A DNA stretch of 35,562 bases. Source: Deltaproteobacteria bacterium TL4 (GTDB lineage: Bacteria > SAR324 > NAC60-12). The notes under the pieces were generated by a model. It was not told the DNA's origin. It worked only from the letters and a program-made list of their open reading frames with translations, and did no database searches. Position 1 is the stretch's first letter. Every line of letters starts with the position of its first letter. A program made the translations under genes and the position numbers. The DNA is taken from assembly GCA_051382335.1 (NCBI GenBank), contig JBBCAX010000157.1, positions 1 to 35,562 on the forward strand. The letters are read 5' to 3'. Shown piece by piece: positions 8,323 to 17,991 of the stretch.

Positions 8323-9210
8323 TTAATTGGTTTGACTGGGATCAATACCAGCTTGCTTCAATAAGCGCAATAATCGTTCTTTTTCTCGCATGGCGGCTTC
8401 TTTTTCTCGCATGGCGGCTTCTTTTTCTCGCATGGCGGCTTCTTTTTCTCGCATGGCGGCTTCTTTTTCTCGCATGGCTGTGTTCACTTCCTCTTTTAGA
8501 TGAGCCAAGTCTTTTTCAATCGTTCTTTGCTGGCGAATGTAATTCACTCTGCTTTGATACAAATGATATTCTCGTTCTTTTTCAGAAAATAACTTCAAGG
8601 TTTCCATGGCCTGCCTCATTTCTTCAGTGTTCATAAATGCTGGAAGCTGTTGATCATCCAAGTCTTGCCCCTCAAGGAATAAATAGGTCCACCGATCCAA
8701 TTCATTGGCAGCTTCCGGTTTTTTCCATTTGTCCAGTTCCAATACATGAATCGACGCGTGTTCACTCAGTGTTACTCCGAGTTCCTTGTCACTCATTTGA
8801 AAATGATGATGAAATGCTCGTGACTCTCGAAATAGATTTCCTGAAATCACCCAAATGGAGACACCGGGTTTTAATTCGTTATAATCTTCACCACTCTTCA
8901 ACTGCGACGCGTACAAATCACTCCAGGTGTAAAGGATTCTTGCTGGTAAACTTGGAAACACAGCCAATTGCACTTCAACCTGATAGATTTGTCCTGAGTC
9001 ATCTTTGGCTTTGACATCCACAATAGAGAGTTTGTCAGAAACGAACTCTTTTTCATTGTACGGATTCAAAATCTCAACCCCGTTTATTCGCTTGGAAAGC
9101 TCAGGACTCAGAACCGCATTCAAAAAATGAATCAGTAGGTTTTTGTTTTTTTCTGAGCCCAACAGGGCCTTAAATACACAGTCGACGAGTGGAATAACGT
9201 GATATTTCAT
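8323..9210 (-). CDS. Rpn family / PD-(D/E)XK nuclease-family transposase
   Basis: DCVFKALLG, LIHFLNAVL, DKLSIVDVKAKD, YQVEVQL and IHVLELDK motifs with a repetitive charged tail. Likely start is MKYHV at 9210. Confidence 0.9.
   Translation of the reverse strand: MKYHVIPLVDCVFKALLGSEKNKNLLIHFLNAVLSPELSKRINGVEILNPYNEKEFVSDKLSIVDVKAKDDSGQIYQVEVQLAVFPSLPARILYTWSDLYASQLKSGEDYNELKPGVSIWVISGNLFRESRAFHHHFQMSDKELGVTLSEHASIHVLELDKWKKPEAANELDRWTYLFLEGQDLDDQQLPAFMNTEEMRQAMETLKLFSEKEREYHLYQSRVNYIRQQRTIEKDLAHLKEEVNTAMREKEAAMREKEAAMREKEAAMREKEAAMREKERLLRLLKQAGIDPSQTN
8377..8478 (-). repeat. 21-bp coding tandem repeat (AAMREKE), about 5 copies
   Basis: TTCTTTTTCTCGCATGGCGGC occurs four times plus an 18-bp partial copy; it encodes an exact heptad. 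Confidence 0.95.
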
Positions 9211-9621
9211 AAAAGTCGTTTCTCTAATTATTGGTAATTTTTGCTCCTGTCTCACCATAAGTATAAAACATTTTGTGGAAGGAGACAATCAGGAAATCAT
9301 GAGATTTATTTTCAGCAGTTCAAAAGAAATGAAACTGAAACTTTCTTTGGTGGACAACTACCGTCTTTGTCATAAAGATTCTGATTCCCTGTTCTGAACT
9401 TGCAATTTCCTAAAAACTCCACATAATTCATCAAAAAGTATCCTCGCAACTTCATAAATAAACCACCTCCATTGATAGAAGTGGGACGAACGCAATCTTC
9501 TGATAGATTTAAACTGAAAATGAATCCTCTTAACTCGTTGAAGAAAACGCTCAATCATTTCATAGATGTTGCGGAGTCACTAAAATCCGATAACGAAAAT
9601 ACTACAAATTCAGGAAACTCA

Positions 9622-12600
9622 ATGAATGCTCATGGAAAACTTCTTTCAGCGTATAAGCAACTTTCTGCGTTGGAACAGAGTGTGTTGCAACTCCTTTCTA
9701 TCACTTATGGTGCAATAAATCAGACACAGTTGCTTGACTGTTTAAAGGCGTTAAAGCTCAAGGCTGAAAATGGGAATGACTTTGGACAAGGTTCCAGTAA
9801 GGACGGTTTTAAAGCGATACGTCCGACTCTGGATCATTTAATCGAGCTGGGATGGCTCGATAGTCGTACACGTATCATCCTGAATCGTGACGTTGTGGAA
9901 ATCATCACACGTCAGAGCGTTGAGGAAAATAAGTTTATGACATACCTTCAAGCAGCGCAATCCATACCCAAATTGTCGGAAGCTTCATTATCTAAGATGG
10001 GGTCTCCGGATGGAGATTATTTCATTGCTGTCATCCGGATGTTGTTTTATCAAAAAAAGAGTTATGCCATCGATTCTTTGTATTCTCAATATGCCGATAA
10101 AGTCAATTATCTCCCGTTGTTATCAACGCTATTGGAAAAGATAAGCTGTTCTCCTTTTGATCCGAAATGGTTTGAATTATTACCCCTTGAGAAACGAACT
10201 CAAATATTGGAAGGTCCATTGGATCAGGATCTTTTTCGTTGGCAGCATCAGGCTAAATATTTTGATTATTTAGAGCAATTAGTCCTGTTTGATTCACCAA
10301 AATGTGAAGCGAGGTTGAAAGGCAAAGTCTTAGAAAAATGGGTTCTCTGTGGAGAAAAGCAACGCGTTCAGCAATGGCTTAAAAAATACGCCACACAAGA
10401 AAATGAAAATGGCTTGTGTCTTCAGGGGTGGTTGGCCTTTTTAGAAGGAAACAACGAACAAGCCATTCATTACTACGAGACTGGACTCAAACGATTAGCG
10501 GTTCTGACAACCAAGAGTAGGGGGTATTTCAATAATTTTTCCGGAATTTTTTTCATTTTGGCCTTATTGAAGGACAATACACCTCAACGTTTAGAAGAAG
10601 CTCGAGGCTATCTGAATATTGCGAGCAACCATGATTATTTATTTCATGAGGTTTATGAATGTTTGCGTTCCCCCTTATCTTTGTTGACGGGAAAATCAAA
10701 GCAAGCTCAAGCGGTTTTTAGTCACTTCTTCTATGTTGGTAGTGATCGCTATGGTTTAGACTATATTAAATCATTTTTTGAGTGTTTTACCTTCTATTGG
10801 GTTGATCAGGATCAAGCAAAATCAAAGCTGGATCAAATCAAAACACTATCCGATCGAGCAAAAAACAGCGAATATTGGTGGTTCTATGAGGAATTAGAAT
10901 TGCTGATTAAAAGTCTATCTTCTCAGAAAAAAGAGACCTCAAAAGAGGTCGAAGTCTCCTCTCTGCTTGGGGTGGTTCAACGATCCAACATTTGGGAACA
11001 AACCTTAAACTCGTTATTAGCGCTCAAACAACCTGCTAAAAAGAGTGACAAAACGGTGTCCGAAAAAGAAAGCGCCTCGGATTTGCGTATGGTTTGGTTT
11101 TTGACTTGTAATAACAGCGGAGGTTGCAGTGCTGCTCCGAGGGAACAAAAACGGAATGCTAAAGGGCAATGGAGCAAAGGACGTCCGATTGCGTTGCAAA
11201 AATTGCATGAAAATTTAACCCAATATCCCTACGTCACTCAACAGGATAAAGAGATTCTGCATCACATTTATCCCCATCAGTATCAAGATGGTTGGTATAC
11301 GAATACAGAATATATATTTCGTGAGGACTATTTGTTTTCTGTGATTGGCCATCCCCTGATCTTTTGGGAAGATGGGGAAACCAAAGTCGAATTAACCAAA
11401 GGCAAGCCTGAGTTGTTGGTGTCCCAGCAAAAGAATGGTTCCTTCCTGTTATACCTTTCTCCTGCTCCCTCAAAATATAGAGACGACTATCATGCCATTA
11501 AAGAAACTCCAACTCGTATCAAACTGGTCAAGATTAATGATGATTACCACCGGGTCGCGGATATCTTGGGCGAAGGCATCACAGTTCCCGCATCAGCTAA
11601 GGCAAAAGTTCAACAGATCATTGACAAATTGGCGTCAGATATCCTCATTCATTCTGATATTGAAGGAGAAAGTAGTCAATTAAAGGAAGTGGAGGCGGAT
11701 TCGAAAATTCATATTCATTTGCTGCCTGCGGCTCGGGGTTTAAAATTAGCAATGTTTGTACGTCCTGTTCAAGGAGGAGCCTATTACCATCCTGGGAGTG
11801 GTGGCAAGATGGTGATTTCTGAAGTCAAAGGCGTTCAATTACAAACGGTGCGAAATTTGGAGCAAGAAAAAAAAGAAGCGGCTGCCCTGATTCGGAATTG
11901 TCCGACTCTGCAACAAATTGAAGGGGCTTTGGGGGAATGGGTATTGGAGGACCCCAGCGATTGTTTAGAAGTCTTACTGGAATTGGGAGCTTTGAACGAA
12001 AACATTGTGTTGGAATGGCCTGAGGGCGAGAAGTTTAAGTTGTTGGGTCAACCCTCATTAAAACAATTTCATTTGAATATTAACCGACAACAAGATTGGT
12101 TCATGGCAACAGGCAGTGTTCAACTGGATGAGCAGTTAGTGGTTGATATGCAACGACTGTTAGAACTTGTTGCCACAGCACCAAGTCGTTTCCTGGAAAT
12201 CAAAGAAGGAGAATTCATTGCCTTAACTCAAGAATTTTATAAACGTTTGCAGGAACTTAATCGTTATTCAGAAAAACATGGCAACGGGGTCCGTTTTCAT
12301 CCTTTGGCAGCCATAGCCCTGGAAGGTCTGACTCACGATGTAGGCCAACTCCAGACGGATAAATCCTGGAAAACCCATATTCAAAAGCTGCAAATTATCG
12401 ACGAAGACCGGTTCCCGGTGCCTTCCACGCTACAAGCCGAATTACGTGGTTATCAATTACAAGGAGTTCACTGGTTATCCCGGTTATCTCATTGGGAAGT
12501 TGGTGCGTGTTTAGCCGATGATATGGGGTTGGGTAAAACGATCCAGGCGATCGCAATGTTATTGAAGTATGCGCCTGAGGGACCCAGCTTGGTCATTGCG

Positions 12601-13815
12601 CCAACCTCGGTTTGCATGAACTGGTTAGCCGAAACAAAACGGTTTGCTCCAACCCTGAATATAATTCAATTCGGGAGTACTCATCGCAAAAAGGTCTTGG
12701 ACGCACTGAGTCCCTTTGATGTTTTTGTTTGCAGTTATGGCCTGTTACAACAAAAAGAAGTCGCCGAGATGTTAGGCCAAATTTCATGGCAAATGGTCGT
12801 CCTTGATGAAGCTCAAGCCATTAAAAATATTGTTACCAAACGATCCCAGGCCGCCATGACATTACAAGCCAAATTTAAATTGATCATGACCGGGACTCCC
12901 ATAGAAAATCACCTGGGCGAATTATGGAATCTGTTTCATTTTATTAATCCTGGTTTGTTAGGCAGCTTTGAGCAATTTAATCTCAAATTTGTCTTACCCA
13001 TTGAAAGAGACAACGATTCTCATGCACGGCAACATTTAAAAAAACTGATTCAACCCTTTATTTTAAGGCGTATTAAAAGCAAAGTCCTGGAAGAATTGCC
13101 CGCACGGACAGAAATTCGATTACATGTCGAACTGAGCAAAGAGGAAATGGCTTTTTATGAAGCACTACGCCAGCAAGCACTCAAAACCCTTTCTGAGGAG
13201 GACGCAAAAGGTGGAGAAAAGCATCTCAAGATTTTAGCGGAAATTATGAAACTTCGTCGTGCTTGTTGTAATCCGCAACTGGTCTATCCGGATATTGCTC
13301 TGCCCAGTAGCAAATTAGCGGTATTTGGAGAAGTGTTACAGGAATTATTGGAAAATCAGCATAAAGCTCTGGTTTTTAGTCAATTTGTGGGGCATCTCAG
13401 TTTGATTCGTAATTATCTGGATGAACAAAAAATCCATTACCAATACTTGGACGGCAGTACCTCCGTTAAAGATCGTAAACTCGCTGTTGACGCCTTTCAG
13501 GCAGGAGAGGGGGATGTTTTCTTAATTAGTCTGAAAGCGGGAGGCTTTGGGCTGAATTTAACAGCTGCGGATTATGTCATTCATATGGACCCTTGGTGGA
13601 ATCCCGCTGTAGAAGATCAAGCCTCCGATCGTGCTCATCGCATCGGACAACAACGGCCTGTCACCATCTATCGTTTGATTACGAAGGATACCATTGAAGA
13701 AAAAATTGTTGAAATGCACAACAAAAAGCGGGATCTGGCAGATAGTTTATTAGATGGCAGTGATATGAGTGGAAAACTATCCACAAAAGATTTACTGGAC
13801 TTGCTCAGTGAATAA
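9622..13815 (+). CDS. SNF2-family DEAD/DEAH-box helicase with a long helical N-terminal region
   Basis: LADDMGLGKT, LDEAQAIKN, MTGTPIENHL, LVFSQF, SLKAGGFGLNLTAAD and DRAHRIGQ motifs. Start uncertain: ORF is open from 9472, and ATG 9622 has an AGGA upstream. Confidence 0.92.
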   Translation: MNAHGKLLSAYKQLSALEQSVLQLLSITYGAINQTQLLDCLKALKLKAENGNDFGQGSSKDGFKAIRPTLDHLIELGWLDSRTRIILNRDVVEIITRQSVEENKFMTYLQAAQSIPKLSEASLSKMGSPDGDYFIAVIRMLFYQKKSYAIDSLYSQYADKVNYLPLLSTLLEKISCSPFDPKWFELLPLEKRTQILEGPLDQDLFRWQHQAKYFDYLEQLVLFDSPKCEARLKGKVLEKWVLCGEKQRVQQWLKKYATQENENGLCLQGWLAFLEGNNEQAIHYYETGLKRLAVLTTKSRGYFNNFSGIFFILALLKDNTPQRLEEARGYLNIASNHDYLFHEVYECLRSPLSLLTGKSKQAQAVFSHFFYVGSDRYGLDYIKSFFECFTFYWVDQDQAKSKLDQIKTLSDRAKNSEYWWFYEELELLIKSLSSQKKETSKEVEVSSLLGVVQRSNIWEQTLNSLLALKQPAKKSDKTVSEKESASDLRMVWFLTCNNSGGCSAAPREQKRNAKGQWSKGRPIALQKLHENLTQYPYVTQQDKEILHHIYPHQYQDGWYTNTEYIFREDYLFSVIGHPLIFWEDGETKVELTKGKPELLVSQQKNGSFLLYLSPAPSKYRDDYHAIKETPTRIKLVKINDDYHRVADILGEGITVPASAKAKVQQIIDKLASDILIHSDIEGESSQLKEVEADSKIHIHLLPAARGLKLAMFVRPVQGGAYYHPGSGGKMVISEVKGVQLQTVRNLEQEKKEAAALIRNCPTLQQIEGALGEWVLEDPSDCLEVLLELGALNENIVLEWPEGEKFKLLGQPSLKQFHLNINRQQDWFMATGSVQLDEQLVVDMQRLLELVATAPSRFLEIKEGEFIALTQEFYKRLQELNRYSEKHGNGVRFHPLAAIALEGLTHDVGQLQTDKSWKTHIQKLQIIDEDRFPVPSTLQAELRGYQLQGVHWLSRLSHWEVGACLADDMGLGKTIQAIAMLLKYAPEGPSLVIAPTSVCMNWLAETKRFAPTLNIIQFGSTHRKKVLDALSPFDVFVCSYGLLQQKEVAEMLGQISWQMVVLDEAQAIKNIVTKRSQAAMTLQAKFKLIMTGTPIENHLGELWNLFHFINPGLLGSFEQFNLKFVLPIERDNDSHARQHLKKLIQPFILRRIKSKVLEELPARTEIRLHVELSKEEMAFYEALRQQALKTLSEEDAKGGEKHLKILAEIMKLRRACCNPQLVYPDIALPSSKLAVFGEVLQELLENQHKALVFSQFVGHLSLIRNYLDEQKIHYQYLDGSTSVKDRKLAVDAFQAGEGDVFLISLKAGGFGLNLTAADYVIHMDPWWNPAVEDQASDRAHRIGQQRPVTIYRLITKDTIEEKIVEMHNKKRDLADSLLDGSDMSGKLSTKDLLDLLSE

Positions 13816-13871
13816 GAAGCTATACGGATTCGAGGCGAGGCTCTCCTTGAGCAAAATAACACATGATCTCA

Positions 13872-13900
13872 AGGGGGGGCGAAAATGTAATTCGCCCTCC
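13872..13900. terminator. Hairpin between convergent genes
   Basis: GGGGGCGAA-7 nt-TTCGCCCTCC. A second hairpin, GCGAATCC...GGATTCGT, lies at about 13938-13959. Confidence 0.4.
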
Positions 13901-13976
13901 GTCCTTTAGCTATGCGTCAAATTCATTAAGTGCCCAAGCGAATCCTCTATTGGGATTCGTTCCTGGATCCCGCCTC

Positions 13977-14423
13977 TCAGTTTATGCCTAATTCATAAAG
14001 CCGCAAATCCAGAGTGTCTACATCTTTTGCCAAGTTGCTGATGGTTGTGCCTTCACAAATGGTTTTAAGCTGTTCTCGCACGCCTGCGATCTTTTCATGC
14101 ACAGGACAGGGTTTATTACAGCCGCAGCCTGGAAGTCCCAAGGCACACTCGGTGAACATACTTTCACCATCGATGATCGAGATGATATTGAGCAACGATA
14201 TATCTTGTGGAGCGCGAGCTAAGGTCACTCCTCCTTTGGCGCCCCTGTTTGAATTGAGAACACCGGCTTTGGTTAATTTCTGGAATATTTTGGTTAGGTA
14301 GGTGAATGAAATATCCAGTCTTTGCGAAATTTGATGGATTGGAATATACTCTTCTCCTCGATTTAATGAAGAAATATACACTACTGAGCGAATTGCATAA
14401 CGACACGTTTTTGAAAATATCAT
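13977..14423 (-). CDS. Rrf2 family transcriptional regulator (Fe-S binding type)
   Basis: FSKTCRYAIR, YLTKIFQKL and SNRGAKGG motifs plus the Cys cluster CALGLPGCGCNKPCPVH. Confidence 0.93.
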   Translation of the reverse strand: MIFSKTCRYAIRSVVYISSLNRGEEYIPIHQISQRLDISFTYLTKIFQKLTKAGVLNSNRGAKGGVTLARAPQDISLLNIISIIDGESMFTECALGLPGCGCNKPCPVHEKIAGVREQLKTICEGTTISNLAKDVDTLDLRLYELGIN

Positions 14424-15232
14424 ATTTTCACCTGAATCAAGTTGGGTAGTTAGAATGGGTAGTTTTCTTAATGCGATGATAAAGTACGATTCTTACGGAT
14501 GAGCAACCGAGTGCTACTTCAACTTATGAGAAGGAATCCTTGAACTTCTCCCCCGCATAAGTAACGCTGTTTAATAAGCGATAACATCCAGTCCATTGGG
14601 TAGCAATATTTCGCAGTACATTCAAGTAATAATAAAAATTCTGTGGCGTCCTATTATTTTTTAAACTGTTTCTTTTGGGAGCCGGTTTTACTTCGCTCAA
14701 TCAGTGCAAACAAACACTGGAGTGGGATGGTAGGTCCCCTAATTTTGTGGGAGTGTTCTCTCGTGCTATTCCCAATTACCCACACCTTACATCAAATGGC
14801 CGAATGGGGACGCCATTTCTGCTTTTTAAACAGGTCATGATCCTTTTTTGGGGGTAGAATTGTCGTTTTATGTGAAAACAACACGGATTATGCGCAAGTT
14901 TTCTTAATAAGGCGACTTTTTCAGGCTTGAGTGTTATCTTCGTTAGTGTAAAGATTTCCACTTCATCTTGACCAATAAGGAGTGATTACGACACTATGGA
15001 ACTCCCCTATTCTCGAATAGAATGTGTTGATTTTATCCTCATCCTCTTTCTTTCTAGAGCGGCAGGGGGAGGTGGCAGGAATTGAGATTGAGTTGGATTC
15101 GTTTTTTGTGGAGGACATTCAGGTTTTCCGTCATCACTCAACAGTCATTGGCGCGAGGTAAGACTAATTCATGAGGTCATTGAGGGGAATATAAAAATAA
15201 TCGAAAGTAGATCAACTGAAAGGAGTGTACGA

Positions 15233-16513
15233 ATGAACACATTGGCAGGGCAGGCCTCCAGCGAATCGAAAAAGGAAAGGTTGTCTTCACATCTCAAGGG
15301 GATTGATTTGACTCAAATTGATCCTATTAGAACCGCAGTGCGAGACGGAAGGATAAAACAAGTGCGACGGATCACCCTGAATGGAAATGATGCATTTGCT
15401 AAGGGTGCACTTGAAGTGGGAGCTCTTTTTTTTGCGGGATATCCCATTACCCCCTCTACCGAGGTGTTGGAATATGTTGCAAAATACATTTTCGCACGGG
15501 GAGGTTCGTACTTACAGATGGAAGATGAAATTTCAGGAATTGCCGCGGCAATCGGAGGTTCCCTTGGTGGCAAAAAATCATTTACCGCAACATCGGGGCC
15601 TGGATTTTCACTCAAACAAGAAAATTTGGGATTTGCCTGCATCACTGAAATTCCGTTGGTCATCATCAATGTACAACGTGGCGGTCCCTCAACGGGAGGT
15701 CCTACCGATGTAGCGCAATCGGATGTCATGCAAGCTCGCTGGGGAACTCATGGGGACCATCCGATTGTGGTCATCAGTCCTTACTCTGTGCAGGAATGTT
15801 ATGAGGAAAGCATTCGTGCGTTCAACCTTTCCGAAAAATACAGAACCCCTGTCATCCTTCTAAGTGACGCAAAAGTCAGTCAAATGAAAGAAGCCTTAAT
15901 TCTTCCTCCTGAAGATCAAGTTCCTGTTGTCAACCGAACCAAACCCACGGGGGCCCCTGAAGATTACGAGCCTTTCGGCCTTACTCCTGGCGGAGTTCCT
16001 CCCCTCGCAGGCTTTGGAGAGGGCTACCGTGCCCATTTCACAGGGCTTTACCATGACAAAAATGGACTTCCTACCAAAGACAAGAAGGTGATTGATGAGC
16101 AACTGAGAAGAATTCATGCGAAGTTGGAAACTCCTCAAGCGCGTGCTGATATTCTAAAAACTGAGAAATTTTTGATGGAAGATGCCGAACTTGTGGTGAT
16201 CAGTTACGGAATCACGGGTCGAGCGGCAAAAGATGCTGTTATTGAAGCACGAAGAGCTGGTGTCAAGGCGGGCTTGCTTCGTCCTTTAACCTTGTGGCCT
16301 TCTGATGAAGAATCCATCACCAGTGCGTTAAGTCAGGCAAAAAAAGTGGTTGTCGCCGAATTGAATTTAGGGCAGTATGTTCTGGAAGTGGAACGTTTGG
16401 CCTATGTTACGTCGCAACGAACCCAAAAGGTACCTCCCCCTATTATTCGAGTGAACCGGGTAGACATGGGACTCATCACGCCCAATGAAATTATAAAGGA
16501 GCTGCACTTATGA
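15233..16513 (+). CDS. korA: 2-oxoacid:ferredoxin oxidoreductase alpha subunit (KorA-like)
   Basis: GNDA, AGYPITPSTE, QMEDE, TATSGPG, QRGGPSTG and ELNLGQ motifs; strong RBS AAAGGAG. Confidence 0.88.
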   Translation: MNTLAGQASSESKKERLSSHLKGIDLTQIDPIRTAVRDGRIKQVRRITLNGNDAFAKGALEVGALFFAGYPITPSTEVLEYVAKYIFARGGSYLQMEDEISGIAAAIGGSLGGKKSFTATSGPGFSLKQENLGFACITEIPLVIINVQRGGPSTGGPTDVAQSDVMQARWGTHGDHPIVVISPYSVQECYEESIRAFNLSEKYRTPVILLSDAKVSQMKEALILPPEDQVPVVNRTKPTGAPEDYEPFGLTPGGVPPLAGFGEGYRAHFTGLYHDKNGLPTKDKKVIDEQLRRIHAKLETPQARADILKTEKFLMEDAELVVISYGITGRAAKDAVIEARRAGVKAGLLRPLTLWPSDEESITSALSQAKKVVVAELNLGQYVLEVERLAYVTSQRTQKVPPPIIRVNRVDMGLITPNEIIKELHL

Positions 16514-17991
16514 AACCAGGAAGAATGTACCGCTCATTGATGCGGAAAAGTATATGGTGTGAGGGATGTGGTTTGGGAAATCTTCAACAAATCCTGATTC
16601 AATCCGTTGTGGACCATGTTTCCGAGCGCCTGGGCGTTGATTCCTCAACCAACGCAGGAATCGAAAAAATAAAAAATAACATCGCCATGGTCAGCGGAAT
16701 CGGCTGTACCTCCCGCATGCCGGGGCATATGGATGTTAACTCACTGCATACCACTCACGGCAGGTCGTTAGGGTTTGCGACAGGCTTAAAAATGGCGAAT
16801 CCTGAGTTGACCGTTGTCGTCGCCGCGGGAGATGGTGACATTTTCGCGATTGGAGGCAATCATTTCATTCATGCCGCACGTCGAAATCCAAACATGACTT
16901 TAATTGTTTATGATAATCAGTCCTATGGTATGACAGGCTCACAACACTCTCCAACCTCACCCTTGGGACAAATGGGGACGTCTGTTCCTTTTGGTGTGTT
17001 TGAAGCTCCTTTTAATCTGGTGAACCTGGCGTTGGGCGCGGGTACGTCTTTTGTGGCTCAAGGGGCGATAACAACGAATCAGGAGCATCAGGATCAACTG
17101 GAAGAAATGATTAGGGCCGCCTTAAACTACAAAGGTTTTTCCTTTGTTAATGTCCGTGGAACCTGTCACACGGGCTGGGGAAAATATAATGGACTTGCAG
17201 AAGCCTATCGTTACCGTCAAGATATTGAAAGCAAAGTGGTCCCTGTAGAACGTTGGCGTGAATTGTCCCCTGCGGAACAACAAGGGAAGATTCCTGTCGG
17301 GATTATCCATCAAGATGATCGACCTGATATTCAGAGCTCCTCTTCGTATTTGCAAGCCGTGAAAAAATCCCAAAGTTTTCAGGCGAGTAAAAAAGAAGCG
17401 CTGGAAACCATCACCTTGCAGGACAATGATCCTCTAGCGAACTTGAAACGAACCAGCATTCGTTTTGCCGGAACAGGAGGACAAGGCGTGATAACGGCCG
17501 GTGAAATTGCGCTTCAAGTCGCGTTGCAGTCCAACTTCAATGGCGTGTATACCAAAAACTATGGTCCTGAGGCTCGTGGCGGAGAAGCTTTTTCTGATGT
17601 CATTATTTCTCAAGGCGAGGTTTACTTTCCGCAAACCGACAAATTGGATATCCTGTTGGCATTGAATCAAGAAACCTTTGATAAGTTCAGGGACGTTGTC
17701 GCTGAAAATGGAAAAATCATCGTCAACTCTACACAAGTCACCGAAACTTACAGTGATCCTCGTGTGATTCTTTCGCCCATCGGTGAACTGCTTTCAAGTC
17801 AAGTCCGTCCTCCCAAGCGGGATTTGGGGATCAACGTTCTTGCGCTTGCGGTAACTCTTGCGTACTTGGACTTACTGCCTCAAAAAGTCATAGAAACTGT
17901 AGTGATGCAAGGCGTAGGACGAAAAAATCCGGTGTTGAATCAAAAAGCGTTAGATGTCGGGTTTCAAGAAGCCGCACGACTAAAAAGATGA
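16510..17991 (+). CDS. Fused 2-oxoacid:ferredoxin oxidoreductase beta+gamma subunit (KorB-KorC-like)
   Basis: Beta part: WCEGCG, SGIGC, HTTHGR and the TPP motif GDGD...N. Gamma part: IRFAGTGGQGVI and YGPEARGG. Confidence 0.88.
   Translation: MKPGRMYRSLMRKSIWCEGCGLGNLQQILIQSVVDHVSERLGVDSSTNAGIEKIKNNIAMVSGIGCTSRMPGHMDVNSLHTTHGRSLGFATGLKMANPELTVVVAAGDGDIFAIGGNHFIHAARRNPNMTLIVYDNQSYGMTGSQHSPTSPLGQMGTSVPFGVFEAPFNLVNLALGAGTSFVAQGAITTNQEHQDQLEEMIRAALNYKGFSFVNVRGTCHTGWGKYNGLAEAYRYRQDIESKVVPVERWRELSPAEQQGKIPVGIIHQDDRPDIQSSSSYLQAVKKSQSFQASKKEALETITLQDNDPLANLKRTSIRFAGTGGQGVITAGEIALQVALQSNFNGVYTKNYGPEARGGEAFSDVIISQGEVYFPQTDKLDILLALNQETFDKFRDVVAENGKIIVNSTQVTETYSDPRVILSPIGELLSSQVRPPKRDLGINVLALAVTLAYLDLLPQKVIETVVMQGVGRKNPVLNQKALDVGFQEAARLKR

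Noticed and set aside
8377..8478. CRISPR-like array
   Set aside because: The repeats are contiguous with no spacers, lie in frame inside a CDS, and there are no cas genes.
8232..8631. Diversity-generating retroelement template/variable repeat pair
   Set aside because: The two 64-bp copies are identical with no adenine-specific mismatches, and no reverse transcriptase is nearby.
9622..13815. SNF2 helicase as part of a defence system with the adjacent Rpn gene
   Set aside because: The genes are divergent, and no methylase, nuclease or other defence partner is present; a stand-alone SNF2 is the simpler reading.
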